Below, one piece after another: positions 46,033-55,765 of a stretch of 64,000 nucleotides of DNA. Position numbers and translations under genes: made by a program. Each line of letters opens with the position of its first letter. Within the stretch, counting starts at the first letter, position 1. The DNA is from Pseudomonadota bacterium. GTDB taxonomy: Bacteria; Myxococcota; JACRCW01; JAFGSX01. A model generated the notes under the pieces. The model searched no databases, was not told where the DNA came from, and saw only the letters and a list, made by a program, of their open reading frames with translations. Location of the stretch: contig JBDRCO010000087.1 of NCBI GenBank assembly GCA_043821645.1, positions 64,001-128,000 of the forward strand. The letters run 5' to 3'.

Positions 46033-46644
46033 ATGCAGTGGTTCAACGAGTTTCCATGTCTCGCCCTGGACTGCGTGCTCGACGACGATCAGGCGGGCAG
46101 GCTGGACCTGGTCGGCCCGCGCACTGCGGAGCGGGTGGGCGGTGGGGCCCTGGCAGCCTTCGGTGTCGGCTTCACCAGCATCGCCCTCGGCGCTGCGCGG
46201 TGGATCCCAGGTCCCTTCAAGCTGGTGCCCCTGGGCATGGCGGTCGTCGGCGGTGGCCTCGCAGGCTGGGGAGCGCTCGGCGCCACGGGCCGGGTCCTGT
46301 TGCGGGTCGAGCGAGGACGCGGGGTGACCCTGAGCTGGCAGGCTGGGCCCCTGGCTCCGCGCGAGGAATTCCTGGACAGCGACGGGATCGCGGCCTGGGA
46401 GGTGTGCCGGCGCCAGCGCAGCCACGGTCAGGTGGGCCAGACCCAGTGGTCCGAACTCTATTACGTGCTGGCCCTGGTGACCCGAGACGGTCGAGCGATC
46501 GACGTCGAGCATTTTGCGACCGAGGCCCAGGCCGGGCTGCGCAAGCAGGCTCTCGAGAGGGTCCTGCACCCCGCACCGCCGCGTCGTGAAAAGACAGCCT
46601 CGCGTCCCCGCAAAGCGCGCTCGCGTGCCCGTCGACAGAGCTGA
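46033..46644 (+). CDS. Hypothetical two-TM membrane protein
   Basis: Two Gly-rich hydrophobic helices followed by a beta-rich soluble domain. Confidence 0.6.
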   Translation: MQWFNEFPCLALDCVLDDDQAGRLDLVGPRTAERVGGGALAAFGVGFTSIALGAARWIPGPFKLVPLGMAVVGGGLAGWGALGATGRVLLRVERGRGVTLSWQAGPLAPREEFLDSDGIAAWEVCRRQRSHGQVGQTQWSELYYVLALVTRDGRAIDVEHFATEAQAGLRKQALERVLHPAPPRREKTASRPRKARSRARRQS

Positions 46645-46737
46645 GGTGGCCCTCTTACTTGTGAGCACTGTGCTGCGCTCCTATACTGCCTGCGCACAAG
46701 AACGCGGGCGCCGGGGTCCGTGTCGAGGGCGAAGGCC

Positions 46738-48711
46738 ATGGACGTGAGTTGCCAGCAGTGCGGCGTCGAGTACGAGTTCGACGACGAGCGCATCACATCC
46801 CAGGGCGTGACGGTCAAGTGCTCGTCGTGTGGACACATCTTCAAGGTCAAGCGCGAGGTGCGGGTGGTGACCGAGGCGGTGGCCGAGGTCGAGACCATAG
46901 GCGGCGACTGGATGGTGCGGCAGCCCTCGGGAAACGTGTTCACCTTCAAGGAGCTGACCACCCTGCAGCGCTGGATCGTCGAGCGCAAGGTCACCCGCGG
47001 TGACGAGATCTCCCGTACCGGCAAGACCTGGAAGCGTCTGGGTGACATCGCCGAGCTGGCGAGCTTCTTCCAGGTCGTCGACGACGCCACCGGCCGCTCC
47101 TTCACCGAGGTTCAGGGGATGATGGCCGTGCAGTCCCCGATGAATCCCGCGCTCTACGGCGGCATGCAGGTGTTCGGGACCTCGCCGGGCATGGCCGCGC
47201 TTCCGGCCACTGGCACCGCTTCGCCGGGGTCCATGCCACCGCAAGCAGCCTATCCCTCGTTGTCTCCGGGAGTGACGGCGCCACTGCAGGCTGCGCCCGC
47301 CCCGATGCCAGTGCCCACAGTGGCTTCGACACCCCCTCAGGCTGTCTACGGGAACGACGACGACTTGCTGGACGACGAGGACCCGGTGCGTGCCTGGCGT
47401 CGGCGCCGGCGCTGGCCCATGGCGCTCGGGCTCCTGCTGCTGGTGGGCGCGGGCGCCATGGTGGGTCTGCGCCTGTTCGCCAGGCCCAGCTTCGATGCCC
47501 TGGCGGCCAGCGTACGCAACGTGTTCGAGGCTCCCACACCCGTGGAACTCACCACCGCCGTCGCCACTGCCCAGGAGGCGGTGCTGAGGGACACCGAGGC
47601 CGAGCTCGGTGCGGCCATCGAGACCTGCAAGAAAGCGATCGCGGTGGCGCCTGCACGCAGCGAACCTTACGCGGCCCTGGCCCTGGTGGAGACCGGCCTG
47701 GCCGAGGCGCTCGACGAGCAGTTCCGCCTGGCCAAGGAGCAGTACGAGGCGCTGCTCAAGCGCTTCCCCGAGGGGCTCACCGACGACCAGCCCGAAAAGA
47801 AGCAGGCCACCGAGCTCGCCGCCCAGGCCAGCCGCATCAACGAGGAGGCCCAGGCGCACTTCAAGCGCGCCGCCGACGCGGTCACCGAAGCCCTGACGCT
47901 TGACCGCCAGGCCGAGCTGACCACCCAGGCCGCCGCCGACTACAACCGGGCCGTGGGCAAGCCTGACGAGGCCCGACGCCTGCTGGGGTCCTTGCCCGCG
48001 CCGGTTCAGCAGCAGGTGCTCGCAAGCACGATCGGGGTTCTCGCGGACGTCGGGGAAGGGGCTCCAGGGGACAGGGCCCTGGACGCGCTGAAAGCCCTGG
48101 TGAAGCAGCATCCGTCCGCGATCCGCGTTCTCTTTCGCCTGGGTCTCGCGCAAGAGCGCGCGGGGGATATCGAGGCCGCTCACGGAGCTATCGGGAAGGT
48201 TGCACAGCTCGCGCCCGGCCACCTGCGCGCCAGGACCTGGCTCGCAGCGCGGGCCGCACCGCCTGCCGCGCCGGAGCCGGTGGTGAAACCGCCCGAGCCC
48301 AAACCCCCGATCCAGGCCCAGGGTGACGACGACGAGGACAAGGGCGGGGGCAGCTTCGATGGCCTGCTGCGTTCGGCGGATCGGCTGCGCGACAGGGGCA
48401 AGATCGCCCAGGCCTTTGCTCTGTACACCAAGGCCGCGGGTATGGCGCCAGACCGGGCCGAGCCGCGCAGCGGGATGGGCTGGTGCTACGTCGAGCAGGC
48501 CAAGACTTCGGCCGCGATCAGTTCGTTCCAGAGCGCTCTCGAGGTCAACCCCAGCTACGCCGACGCACACATGGGGCTCGCCGAAAGCTACCGGGCCCGG
48601 GGCAGCAACGACAAGGCCCTCAAGCATTACACGCGCTACCTGGAGATCTTGCCGTCGGGACCAGAAGCAGCGGTGGCGCAGCGCTGGGTCGAGGAACTAT
48701 CCGCCAAGTAG
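46738..48711 (+). CDS. Zinc-ribbon (MJ0042-type) / GYF-like / TM / TPR protein
   Basis: CQQC...VKCSSCGHIF; LQRWIVERKVTRGDEISRTGKTWKRLGDIAEL; single TM after RRRRR; C-terminal TPRs. Confidence 0.85.
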   Translation: MDVSCQQCGVEYEFDDERITSQGVTVKCSSCGHIFKVKREVRVVTEAVAEVETIGGDWMVRQPSGNVFTFKELTTLQRWIVERKVTRGDEISRTGKTWKRLGDIAELASFFQVVDDATGRSFTEVQGMMAVQSPMNPALYGGMQVFGTSPGMAALPATGTASPGSMPPQAAYPSLSPGVTAPLQAAPAPMPVPTVASTPPQAVYGNDDDLLDDEDPVRAWRRRRRWPMALGLLLLVGAGAMVGLRLFARPSFDALAASVRNVFEAPTPVELTTAVATAQEAVLRDTEAELGAAIETCKKAIAVAPARSEPYAALALVETGLAEALDEQFRLAKEQYEALLKRFPEGLTDDQPEKKQATELAAQASRINEEAQAHFKRAADAVTEALTLDRQAELTTQAAADYNRAVGKPDEARRLLGSLPAPVQQQVLASTIGVLADVGEGAPGDRALDALKALVKQHPSAIRVLFRLGLAQERAGDIEAAHGAIGKVAQLAPGHLRARTWLAARAAPPAAPEPVVKPPEPKPPIQAQGDDDEDKGGGSFDGLLRSADRLRDRGKIAQAFALYTKAAGMAPDRAEPRSGMGWCYVEQAKTSAAISSFQSALEVNPSYADAHMGLAESYRARGSNDKALKHYTRYLEILPSGPEAAVAQRWVEELSAK

Positions 48712-48719
48712 AGCTGGGG

Positions 48720-50885
48720 TCAGGCGTCGCTGCGATGGCGCAGGATGAAGCGCTCCATCTCCGCACTCAGCTCCTGGGCCTGCAGGGCCAGCACCTCGAC
48801 CGAGTGTTCCAGGTTCTGGGCTTCTTCGCGACTGTGGTCGGCGATCTGGCGAACCTCCTCGACAGTCTCCAGGATGCGATCGCCTCCGCGAACCTGCGCA
48901 CTCTGCGCGCGCGACAGCTTCTCGACATTATCCGAGATGTCGGACAGCACCTCGCCGATGCGCGTCGAGCCCTCGAGCTGCTGGGCTGTCGAGCGTCCCA
49001 CCGCGTCGGAGACACCCGCGATGGTGGCGGCGGCTTCACGCATGGTGCTCACCGCCTGGAGCTGGGTCTGCGTGACCTTGTGGATCTCGCCAGTCACTGC
49101 CACCACATGCTCCATGGCCTGGGTCACCCGCCCGAGGTCCCCCTCGCGTTCGGCCATGGCCCGGGCGATATCCTGGCTCATGGTCGCGGAGTGCGCCGCA
49201 GCGCTCATGATGCTGGAGAGAAGCTCGCCGGTGCGCTCGACCTGGCCCGTGCTGTCGCTGACGTTCTGGCTTGCGTCGTCGACGGCGCGGCGGGCACCTT
49301 CGCTGGTCTGCCCGATCTCGGTCAAGACCTCCTCGATATCGCGGGTCAGACCCGCGGTCTGTCCGGACAGGGCCTTGACCTCCTCGGCCACGACCTGGAA
49401 CTGGCGGCCATGTTCACCGGCCTGCGAGGCGATGATGGCGGCGTTGAGCGACAGCAGGTTGGTGCGGCGCGCCACGTCGGAGATGCCACGCAGCAGGGCT
49501 GCCACGGTCTCGATGCGGTCGGTGAGGCTGGCGGTGGAACGACGCACCTCTCCCATGGCGCCGTCCAGGCGCTGCATGGTGCCAAGCGACGAGGTCACGG
49601 CCTCGGTCCCGGTGGAAGCCTCGCCGGCCACCTGGTCTGCCAGCGCCGAGGAGCTGTCCGCGAGCTGGCGCACCGACTGCAGGGCACGCTCGGTGCGCGT
49701 GATGGCAGACTCGGTGTCTCCCGAAGCCTGGCTCAGCACGTCGACGTGGCGCGCCAGGACCGTGACATTGCCTCCGACCTGCTCGACGCTGGCACTGAGG
49801 GAATCGGCAGCCTGCGCCAGGCCCGTCAGGTTGTCCTTGACCTCGGTGTTGCGGTCCCCGATCTGGCGGGCGTTGTCCGATGACTCCCGCGTCCACTGGC
49901 TGATCGAGGACACATTGCGGGCGATCTCGCGCAGGGCCTGGGCCATCTCGTCGAGCTCGCCTCGTGCGCGCTCCAGCGCCGACCACTGGCGCTCGCTGCC
50001 CTTGGCCACGCCGGCGGCGCTGTGGGTGATGCGGTCGATCACCAGGCGCAGCTCGGCCGACACTGCGGCGACCCGCGCCAGCACGCTGGAGAGGTTCTCA
50101 CCCATCTGGTTCAAGGCCTGGGCCAGTTCTCCCATCTCGTCCTGCTGGGTCACGATGAGCCGCTGTGCCAGGTCCCCGGTCGCCACGGTGCGGGCGTAGC
50201 GCACCATCGCGGTGAGGCGGCGGAAGATTCTCTGCATCAGCACCAGGGCGACCACCAGCACCGCGAGAACGAGGATGCCGCCGCTGATCACCATTGGCAG
50301 CATCTGAGCCGTGAAGGCTCGCCCTGCGTTGATGCTCACGAGGACGCGCCCCAGCTTGCGCGGCGCGGCAGGTTCCTCGGTGTCCCCGAGGAGCTCCGCC
50401 CCGATGTCCACATCTTGCTGGGCTGCGACCTGCACGTCCACGGACTGGTGGACGACGGTCAGGCTCTGCACCTCGTCGCTGCCATGGCTCGCGATCAGGT
50501 TCGTGCTGTCGACGGTATCGCGGTCGCCGGGGAAGCTGCGGCCAGGCTGCAGGGCCAGCACCTGTCCCTGATCATCCTGGATCACGATGTACTCGATCTC
50601 CTCGTCCAGGCCCTCGTAGCGACGCGCCACGGAGCCTGCGAGCTCGCCGTCCCGGTTGAACAGGGCCATGCGCAGGTCTGTCGATTCGGCCATGGCGCTG
50701 GCAAGCAGGGCTGCCTTGGCCTGGCGTTCGCCATTCACGCGGGCGCCAGTCCCCAGGTAGGAACCGACCGCGATGACCACGATGATGAGGAGAGTGAGGG
50801 GGATGGCGATGAGCAGGAAGCTCTTTCTCAGGCTACTTCGACTCACGATGGCCCCACGCATCGGCTCCGCGATTGCATCCTGCAA
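48720..50885 (-). CDS. Methyl-accepting chemotaxis protein
   Basis: Two TMs, HAMP ([13 protein letters not shown]), hairpin tip [34 protein letters not shown]; start uncertain. Confidence 0.92.
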   Translation of the reverse strand: MQDAIAEPMRGAIVSRSSLRKSFLLIAIPLTLLIIVVIAVGSYLGTGARVNGERQAKAALLASAMAESTDLRMALFNRDGELAGSVARRYEGLDEEIEYIVIQDDQGQVLALQPGRSFPGDRDTVDSTNLIASHGSDEVQSLTVVHQSVDVQVAAQQDVDIGAELLGDTEEPAAPRKLGRVLVSINAGRAFTAQMLPMVISGGILVLAVLVVALVLMQRIFRRLTAMVRYARTVATGDLAQRLIVTQQDEMGELAQALNQMGENLSSVLARVAAVSAELRLVIDRITHSAAGVAKGSERQWSALERARGELDEMAQALREIARNVSSISQWTRESSDNARQIGDRNTEVKDNLTGLAQAADSLSASVEQVGGNVTVLARHVDVLSQASGDTESAITRTERALQSVRQLADSSSALADQVAGEASTGTEAVTSSLGTMQRLDGAMGEVRRSTASLTDRIETVAALLRGISDVARRTNLLSLNAAIIASQAGEHGRQFQVVAEEVKALSGQTAGLTRDIEEVLTEIGQTSEGARRAVDDASQNVSDSTGQVERTGELLSSIMSAAAHSATMSQDIARAMAEREGDLGRVTQAMEHVVAVTGEIHKVTQTQLQAVSTMREAAATIAGVSDAVGRSTAQQLEGSTRIGEVLSDISDNVEKLSRAQSAQVRGGDRILETVEEVRQIADHSREEAQNLEHSVEVLALQAQELSAEMERFILRHRSDA

Positions 50886-50918
50886 CCCTCCGGACCTGTT
50901 TTTTGGCGCTGGATCTGC

Positions 50919-51803
50919 CTAGCGGATCACCGCATGAGCCTCGGCCAGCACCGCGTCGGGTATTTTTATACCGATTCGCTCGGCGGTGCGAAGGTTGACC
51001 AGCGTGCGAGTTGCGACAGCAGGTGCGGCGACCTTGTCCGCGGCGGCTCCATCGAGCATCGCGCGTGCCATGCGAGCCGCGGCGCGGCCGTGCTCCACAG
51101 GGTCCGGAACCACAGCCAGCAGCGCTCCCTGGCGAGCCACGGCCTCGAAGGAGGTGATCACGGGCACGCGCTTCTCCATGGATTGCACGAGGAGGTACTG
51201 CAAGGTCTCGCGTTGAGACAGGGAGCGGTCGGGGAGCAGCCACACAGCATCGGCGTCCTGGAGCGCCTCACTGACCGTGCGGCTGGCCTGCTGACGGTTG
51301 GCCAGCGGGTGCAGGTGCAATTCCAGGCCGTGACGTTTGGCGGCAGCGCGCGCGACCTCGACCTGCGCTCCGGACTCGGTCGGGTCGTAGATGGCGGAGA
51401 GCCTTCTGGCCCTGGGCACAGCCGCCCGGACGTGCCTGAACACCTCATCGGCCGAAACCTCGAGGGGCACCCCTGTGCCCGGGCCTGTTCTGGCCGCGGC
51501 CACCGTCAGGCAGAAAATTGTGGGCTGCTGGGGGAGGTTCTTGGCCGCAAAACGCGTGGCGATGGGTCCTACCGTGATCAGGACCCTGGGGGCGGCGCCG
51601 AGGATCTCATCGGCGAGCTGTGCGCGGGCTGCGCTCGACAGATCGAAAACCTGCACGCGGTCGCGGCCAAGCTCCCGCTCGATCTCGGCCAGGGCCTGCC
51701 CAAACGCCCCGTTGCGGCTGGAAACCACCACGGACACATCCGCCGCTCGGGCACCGTGAGCGGCCGCACACATGGCGACCATCGCAAGTGCATTCCACTT
51801 CAC
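50919..51803 (-). CDS. ABC_sub_bind-type periplasmic substrate-binding protein
   Basis: Signal peptide ...ARA; AIYDP, DAVWLLPD, GALLAV, VNLRTAERIGIKIP. Confidence 0.85.
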   Translation of the reverse strand: MKWNALAMVAMCAAAHGARAADVSVVVSSRNGAFGQALAEIERELGRDRVQVFDLSSAARAQLADEILGAAPRVLITVGPIATRFAAKNLPQQPTIFCLTVAAARTGPGTGVPLEVSADEVFRHVRAAVPRARRLSAIYDPTESGAQVEVARAAAKRHGLELHLHPLANRQQASRTVSEALQDADAVWLLPDRSLSQRETLQYLLVQSMEKRVPVITSFEAVARQGALLAVVPDPVEHGRAAARMARAMLDGAAADKVAAPAVATRTLVNLRTAERIGIKIPDAVLAEAHAVIR

Positions 51804-51922
51804 GTCATGCTCCAAGGCCGCCGAGTCAGGCAGCCCCCCGTGACGGCAATCACCGTCATCTAACGACGGTATGATATCGCGCCAGCATTCAGATCGCGAG
51901 CCACGACAAGGGACCCCTGAAT

Positions 51923-51951
51923 TTGACTTGGCCCCGGTCCAGCCCTACCAT
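51923..51951 (+). promoter_or_regulatory. Sigma70-type promoter of the kinase gene
   Basis: TTGACT-N17-TACCAT, 50 nt upstream of ATG 52002. Confidence 0.65.
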
Positions 51952-52001
51952 GATTTGTTGATTCTTTCTGACGAGTTCTCGTCGGAGCGGAGCCCTTCTC
52001 G

Positions 52002-55000
52002 ATGCTCCCCGGCCGCATCGGTGACTACCAAATCCTGGCCGAGATCGGTCGCGGCGGCATGGGTGTGGTCTTTCGCGCCCGCGACGAACGCACTGGCCAG
52101 GACGTGGCGCTCAAGATGCTGGCGCCCGAGGCGCAATCCCACAAGGACTCGGCACTGCGCTTCAAGCGCGAATTCCGAGCCATCCGCCGCGTCGTCCATC
52201 CCAATGTCGTGCGCGTGTTCGAAGCCGGGGCCTACCACGGGTCCCCCTACTTCTCGATGGAGCTGGTCGACGGAAAGAATATCCGACGCTGGCTGGATGG
52301 GGATGAGCCCATCGTCCACGTTGGCAAGGACCCCCCTCCCGCGGGTCCACTCAGCGAGGCGCAGCAACTGCGACTCAATGAACCCGCGCGGATCCGGCGC
52401 CTGGCCGAGGCCACAGTGCAGGTGTGCTTCGCGCTGGGCACCATCCACGCGCACCGCATCGTCCACCGCGATCTCAAGCCCGACAACATCCTGGTGACGC
52501 CCCAGGGTGTGGTCAAGCTGATGGACTTCGGCATTGCCAAGCAGTTGACCGATCAAGGACCGTCGACGTCTGGTGGCATGGTCGTTGGTACCTTCAAGTA
52601 CCTGTCGCCGGAGCAGGCGCTGGGTCTCGAGGTCGACGGGCGCGCGGATCTTTACTGCCTGGGCATCGTGCTCTACGAGCTGCTCGCTGGCCGCCACCCC
52701 TTTTACTCCGAGACCAGTGTCGGCTACGCCTACCATCACGCGCGCACCACGCCACCCCCGGTCACCCGGTACAACCCCGACGTCGAGCGCGGGATCGCGG
52801 GCATCGCCGAACGCCTGCTGGCCAAGGAACCGGGGGAGCGCTTCGCCACGGCCGAGGATCTGATCGCGGGTCTGAAGGAGGCCGTGAGCGGCATCGAGGA
52901 GCGGGTCAACCAGCTGCGAGCCTCGACCAAGCGCTTCGCCCTGCCACCGTTTCAGCTGTCTCCGCACCCACTGTATGCCCCGGCCCTGGTAGGTCGCGAT
53001 CGCGAGAAGCAGACCCTGCTCACCGCCATCGATCGTCTGCGCAGCGGTGTCGGGCGCCTGGTGGTGATCGAGGGAGCGGCGGGCGGTGGCAAGAGCCGCT
53101 TGCTGCGAACCATTGCAGCCGAGACCAAGGACCAGGGTGTGCACTTTTTGTTTGGCCGCGCCAATCAAAACGAGCGCGCGCCGTATGCGCCCTTCGTCGA
53201 GATCTTCGATCACCTCATTCGCCAGCTGGCGCAGCAGCCCCGGCGCGAGGTCAACCGCATCCTCGGTACCGAGGGTCCAGCCCTGGCTCGCTACATCCCC
53301 GCGGTGGCCGCCCTGCCCATGGTGGAGAGCCGGCAGGCGCCAGCCCTGGCCCCCGAGGACGAGCAGATCCGGTTCCGCGCTGCCGTCGCGGATGTCCTGG
53401 CGCGGTACTGCCACGGCTCACCCCACGTGCTGGTGCTCGACGATCTGCACCTGGCAGACGAGTTGAGCCTGGACCTGGTGCGCCACCTGGCAGGTGCCCT
53501 GGCAGGCCTCCTCGTCGACGACGGAGCGGCGCCTCGTCCGGCGAGTCTGGCCCTGTTCATCGCTCACGATTCCGATGCGGTACCTCCTCCGGCGCTGACG
53601 CGCCTCCTCGCCGAGCTCGAGGGTCAGACGGGGTTCGTGCGCGTGGGCCTGAGTCCCCTGGACGCGGCGGCTGGAAACAGACTGGTGCGGTCCATGCTGG
53701 GTGGAGCCGAGGTCGCTGCGGCCTTCACCGACGCTCTGCATGCCGGCACCGGGGGCAATCCCTATCGCATCGAGGAGCGCGTGCGCGTCCTGGCCGAGGC
53801 CGGCGAGCTGGTCCGGCGCGGTCGTCGCTGGATGCTGCGAGCGCGTTCGAGCGCGCCCCAGCAGCCGACCTATCTGGAACTCGAGGAGGTCACGGCCTCC
53901 GAGGTCCCGCCCATCCCTGATCGCGAGCGCGGAGGGGGAGGCCATCGTCTGTCCAACCTGTCGGTCACCGCACGGGATGTCGCCGAGCGGGCTGCGGTGG
54001 TCGGGCTGGCCCTGAGCAGCGAGCTGCTGTCGCGCATCGCCCTGCGGCCCGAGGAGGAATTGCTGGATGCCCTCGATGAGCTGATCAAGCGCGAGGTGCT
54101 GGCCGAGGGGAAAAGCGAGGGCGTCTACCGTTTCGTGAACGAGGATGTCCGCGGTGGCATCCTCGAGGCTGTGGAGCCGGGCCGGCGCGCGCGTCATCAC
54201 CTGCTGGCCGCCCATTCGCTCGAGGAGATCGCGCGTGCAGATCCCCGGATTCCTGCGGACCCCGAGGTGCTGGCCACGCACTACCTCGAAGGAGGGGAGC
54301 CTCGCCGCGCCTTCGACTACCTGGCCCAGGCCGCGCACCGCGCCGTGCAGGCCAACGCCGTGCAGGCCGCCACCTCGCTGGTCGAACGCGCCCGCGAAAC
54401 CCTGCGCGAGGAGATCGAGCACAACCCGGCCGACCCGGGCGTGGCCCGCCGGCGCATCGAGCTGTTGCAGCTGCGTCTGGCGGTGATCCTCGCAGCTGGC
54501 CATCCCGCCGAGGCCATCGAGGTCGCGCATCACGAGCTGGACGCTCTTCGAGGTCACACGGAGGCGCGCCACGTGGCGGAGGTCATCTACCTGCTGGCGC
54601 GCGCCGAGCTCACCGTCGGGGAACTGGACAACGGCCTGCGCCACGTCGCCGAGGTGGTGGCGGTGACAGAGCGCGGCGGCGCGCACGTGCTGCGCTGCAA
54701 GGCCAAGCGGCTCGCTGGCGACATCTATGTGCGACGAGGCCAGAGCGATCGTGCCCAACGTTATTATCGCGACGCCATCGACCTGGCACGGGCCATCGGC
54801 AATGCGCTCGAGGAGGAACTGGTGCGCAGCGCCATGGCTGCGTTGCGCCTGGACACTGGAGAGCTCGCCCAGGCCAGGCGGGACTACGAGAATCTCCTGA
54901 CCGTGGCCGAGCAGACGGGAGAACGTTCGCGGGCGGCTCACTACGTCAAGTGCCTTGGTCTGGTGCACCACGCTGCCGGCGACTACGAGCGGGCGCTCTC

Positions 55001-55586
55001 CTCGTACCAGCGTGCCCTGGACATGGCTCGCGCCATCGGTGACAGCCGCACCGCGCTCGTGTGTCAGTGCTGCGTTGGCACGGCGCTGATCGATCAGGGC
55101 GCGGTGGATCCCGCCCTGGAAGCGTTCGCCGCGGCCCGGGAGGGGCTGATGGCCGCCGGCGCCACCGAGGAGGTGATCGAGAGTCTGCTCGGGAGCGCCG
55201 AGGCCTACCTGCTCCGCGACGCGAACGAGAAGGCGCGAACGCTGTGCGATGAAGCCGTGGCCGAGGCCGAAAGGTCCGGGATGTCGACGCTGCTCGCTGC
55301 GGCGCGTGTCCATCGCGGTCTGGCGCGCGTGCGCCTTGGCGACGACAGACCCGGGCTCTCCGACATCGAGGCGGGCCTGGCCACCGCCCAGAAGTCCGAG
55401 GCCATCCGGCTGCAACTCCAGGGTTTTGTGGCGCTGGGGGAAGCCCTGTTCCTCGCCGGCGAGCAGGCGCGCGGGCTGCAACTGCTGGATCAGGCACAGC
55501 GACGCGCCGAGAGCAGCGGTTACCTGCGTTACCGGGATCGTGTACAGAACGTTCGCACACGGCTGCAGGTGACCTCGCCAAGTTGA
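52002..55586 (+). CDS. Ser/Thr protein kinase - AAA ATPase - TPR multidomain protein
   Basis: GRGGMGVV, VALK, HRDLKPDN, DFG, GTFKYLSPE; Walker A GAAGGGKS, Walker B LVLDDLH; C-terminal TPRs. Confidence 0.93.
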   Translation: MLPGRIGDYQILAEIGRGGMGVVFRARDERTGQDVALKMLAPEAQSHKDSALRFKREFRAIRRVVHPNVVRVFEAGAYHGSPYFSMELVDGKNIRRWLDGDEPIVHVGKDPPPAGPLSEAQQLRLNEPARIRRLAEATVQVCFALGTIHAHRIVHRDLKPDNILVTPQGVVKLMDFGIAKQLTDQGPSTSGGMVVGTFKYLSPEQALGLEVDGRADLYCLGIVLYELLAGRHPFYSETSVGYAYHHARTTPPPVTRYNPDVERGIAGIAERLLAKEPGERFATAEDLIAGLKEAVSGIEERVNQLRASTKRFALPPFQLSPHPLYAPALVGRDREKQTLLTAIDRLRSGVGRLVVIEGAAGGGKSRLLRTIAAETKDQGVHFLFGRANQNERAPYAPFVEIFDHLIRQLAQQPRREVNRILGTEGPALARYIPAVAALPMVESRQAPALAPEDEQIRFRAAVADVLARYCHGSPHVLVLDDLHLADELSLDLVRHLAGALAGLLVDDGAAPRPASLALFIAHDSDAVPPPALTRLLAELEGQTGFVRVGLSPLDAAAGNRLVRSMLGGAEVAAAFTDALHAGTGGNPYRIEERVRVLAEAGELVRRGRRWMLRARSSAPQQPTYLELEEVTASEVPPIPDRERGGGGHRLSNLSVTARDVAERAAVVGLALSSELLSRIALRPEEELLDALDELIKREVLAEGKSEGVYRFVNEDVRGGILEAVEPGRRARHHLLAAHSLEEIARADPRIPADPEVLATHYLEGGEPRRAFDYLAQAAHRAVQANAVQAATSLVERARETLREEIEHNPADPGVARRRIELLQLRLAVILAAGHPAEAIEVAHHELDALRGHTEARHVAEVIYLLARAELTVGELDNGLRHVAEVVAVTERGGAHVLRCKAKRLAGDIYVRRGQSDRAQRYYRDAIDLARAIGNALEEELVRSAMAALRLDTGELAQARRDYENLLTVAEQTGERSRAAHYVKCLGLVHHAAGDYERALSSYQRALDMARAIGDSRTALVCQCCVGTALIDQGAVDPALEAFAAAREGLMAAGATEEVIESLLGSAEAYLLRDANEKARTLCDEAVAEAERSGMSTLLAAARVHRGLARVRLGDDRPGLSDIEAGLATAQKSEAIRLQLQGFVALGEALFLAGEQARGLQLLDQAQRRAESSGYLRYRDRVQNVRTRLQVTSPS

Positions 55587-55765
55587 CTTTTTGCACCGGA
55601 GCAGACGGGTCAGCGACGTAAAAGTGGAGTCAGAACAGGACCGAAGTATAATGAAGCGTCCCGCGGAGCCAGGCCGTGCTCCGCCGCGCGCTCGCTCCGA
55701 ACCATGGTGCCGGACGGCACGTGGCGAAGGAGTCCGCGTGCAACGACGGTGACCGGAGCTTTGTC

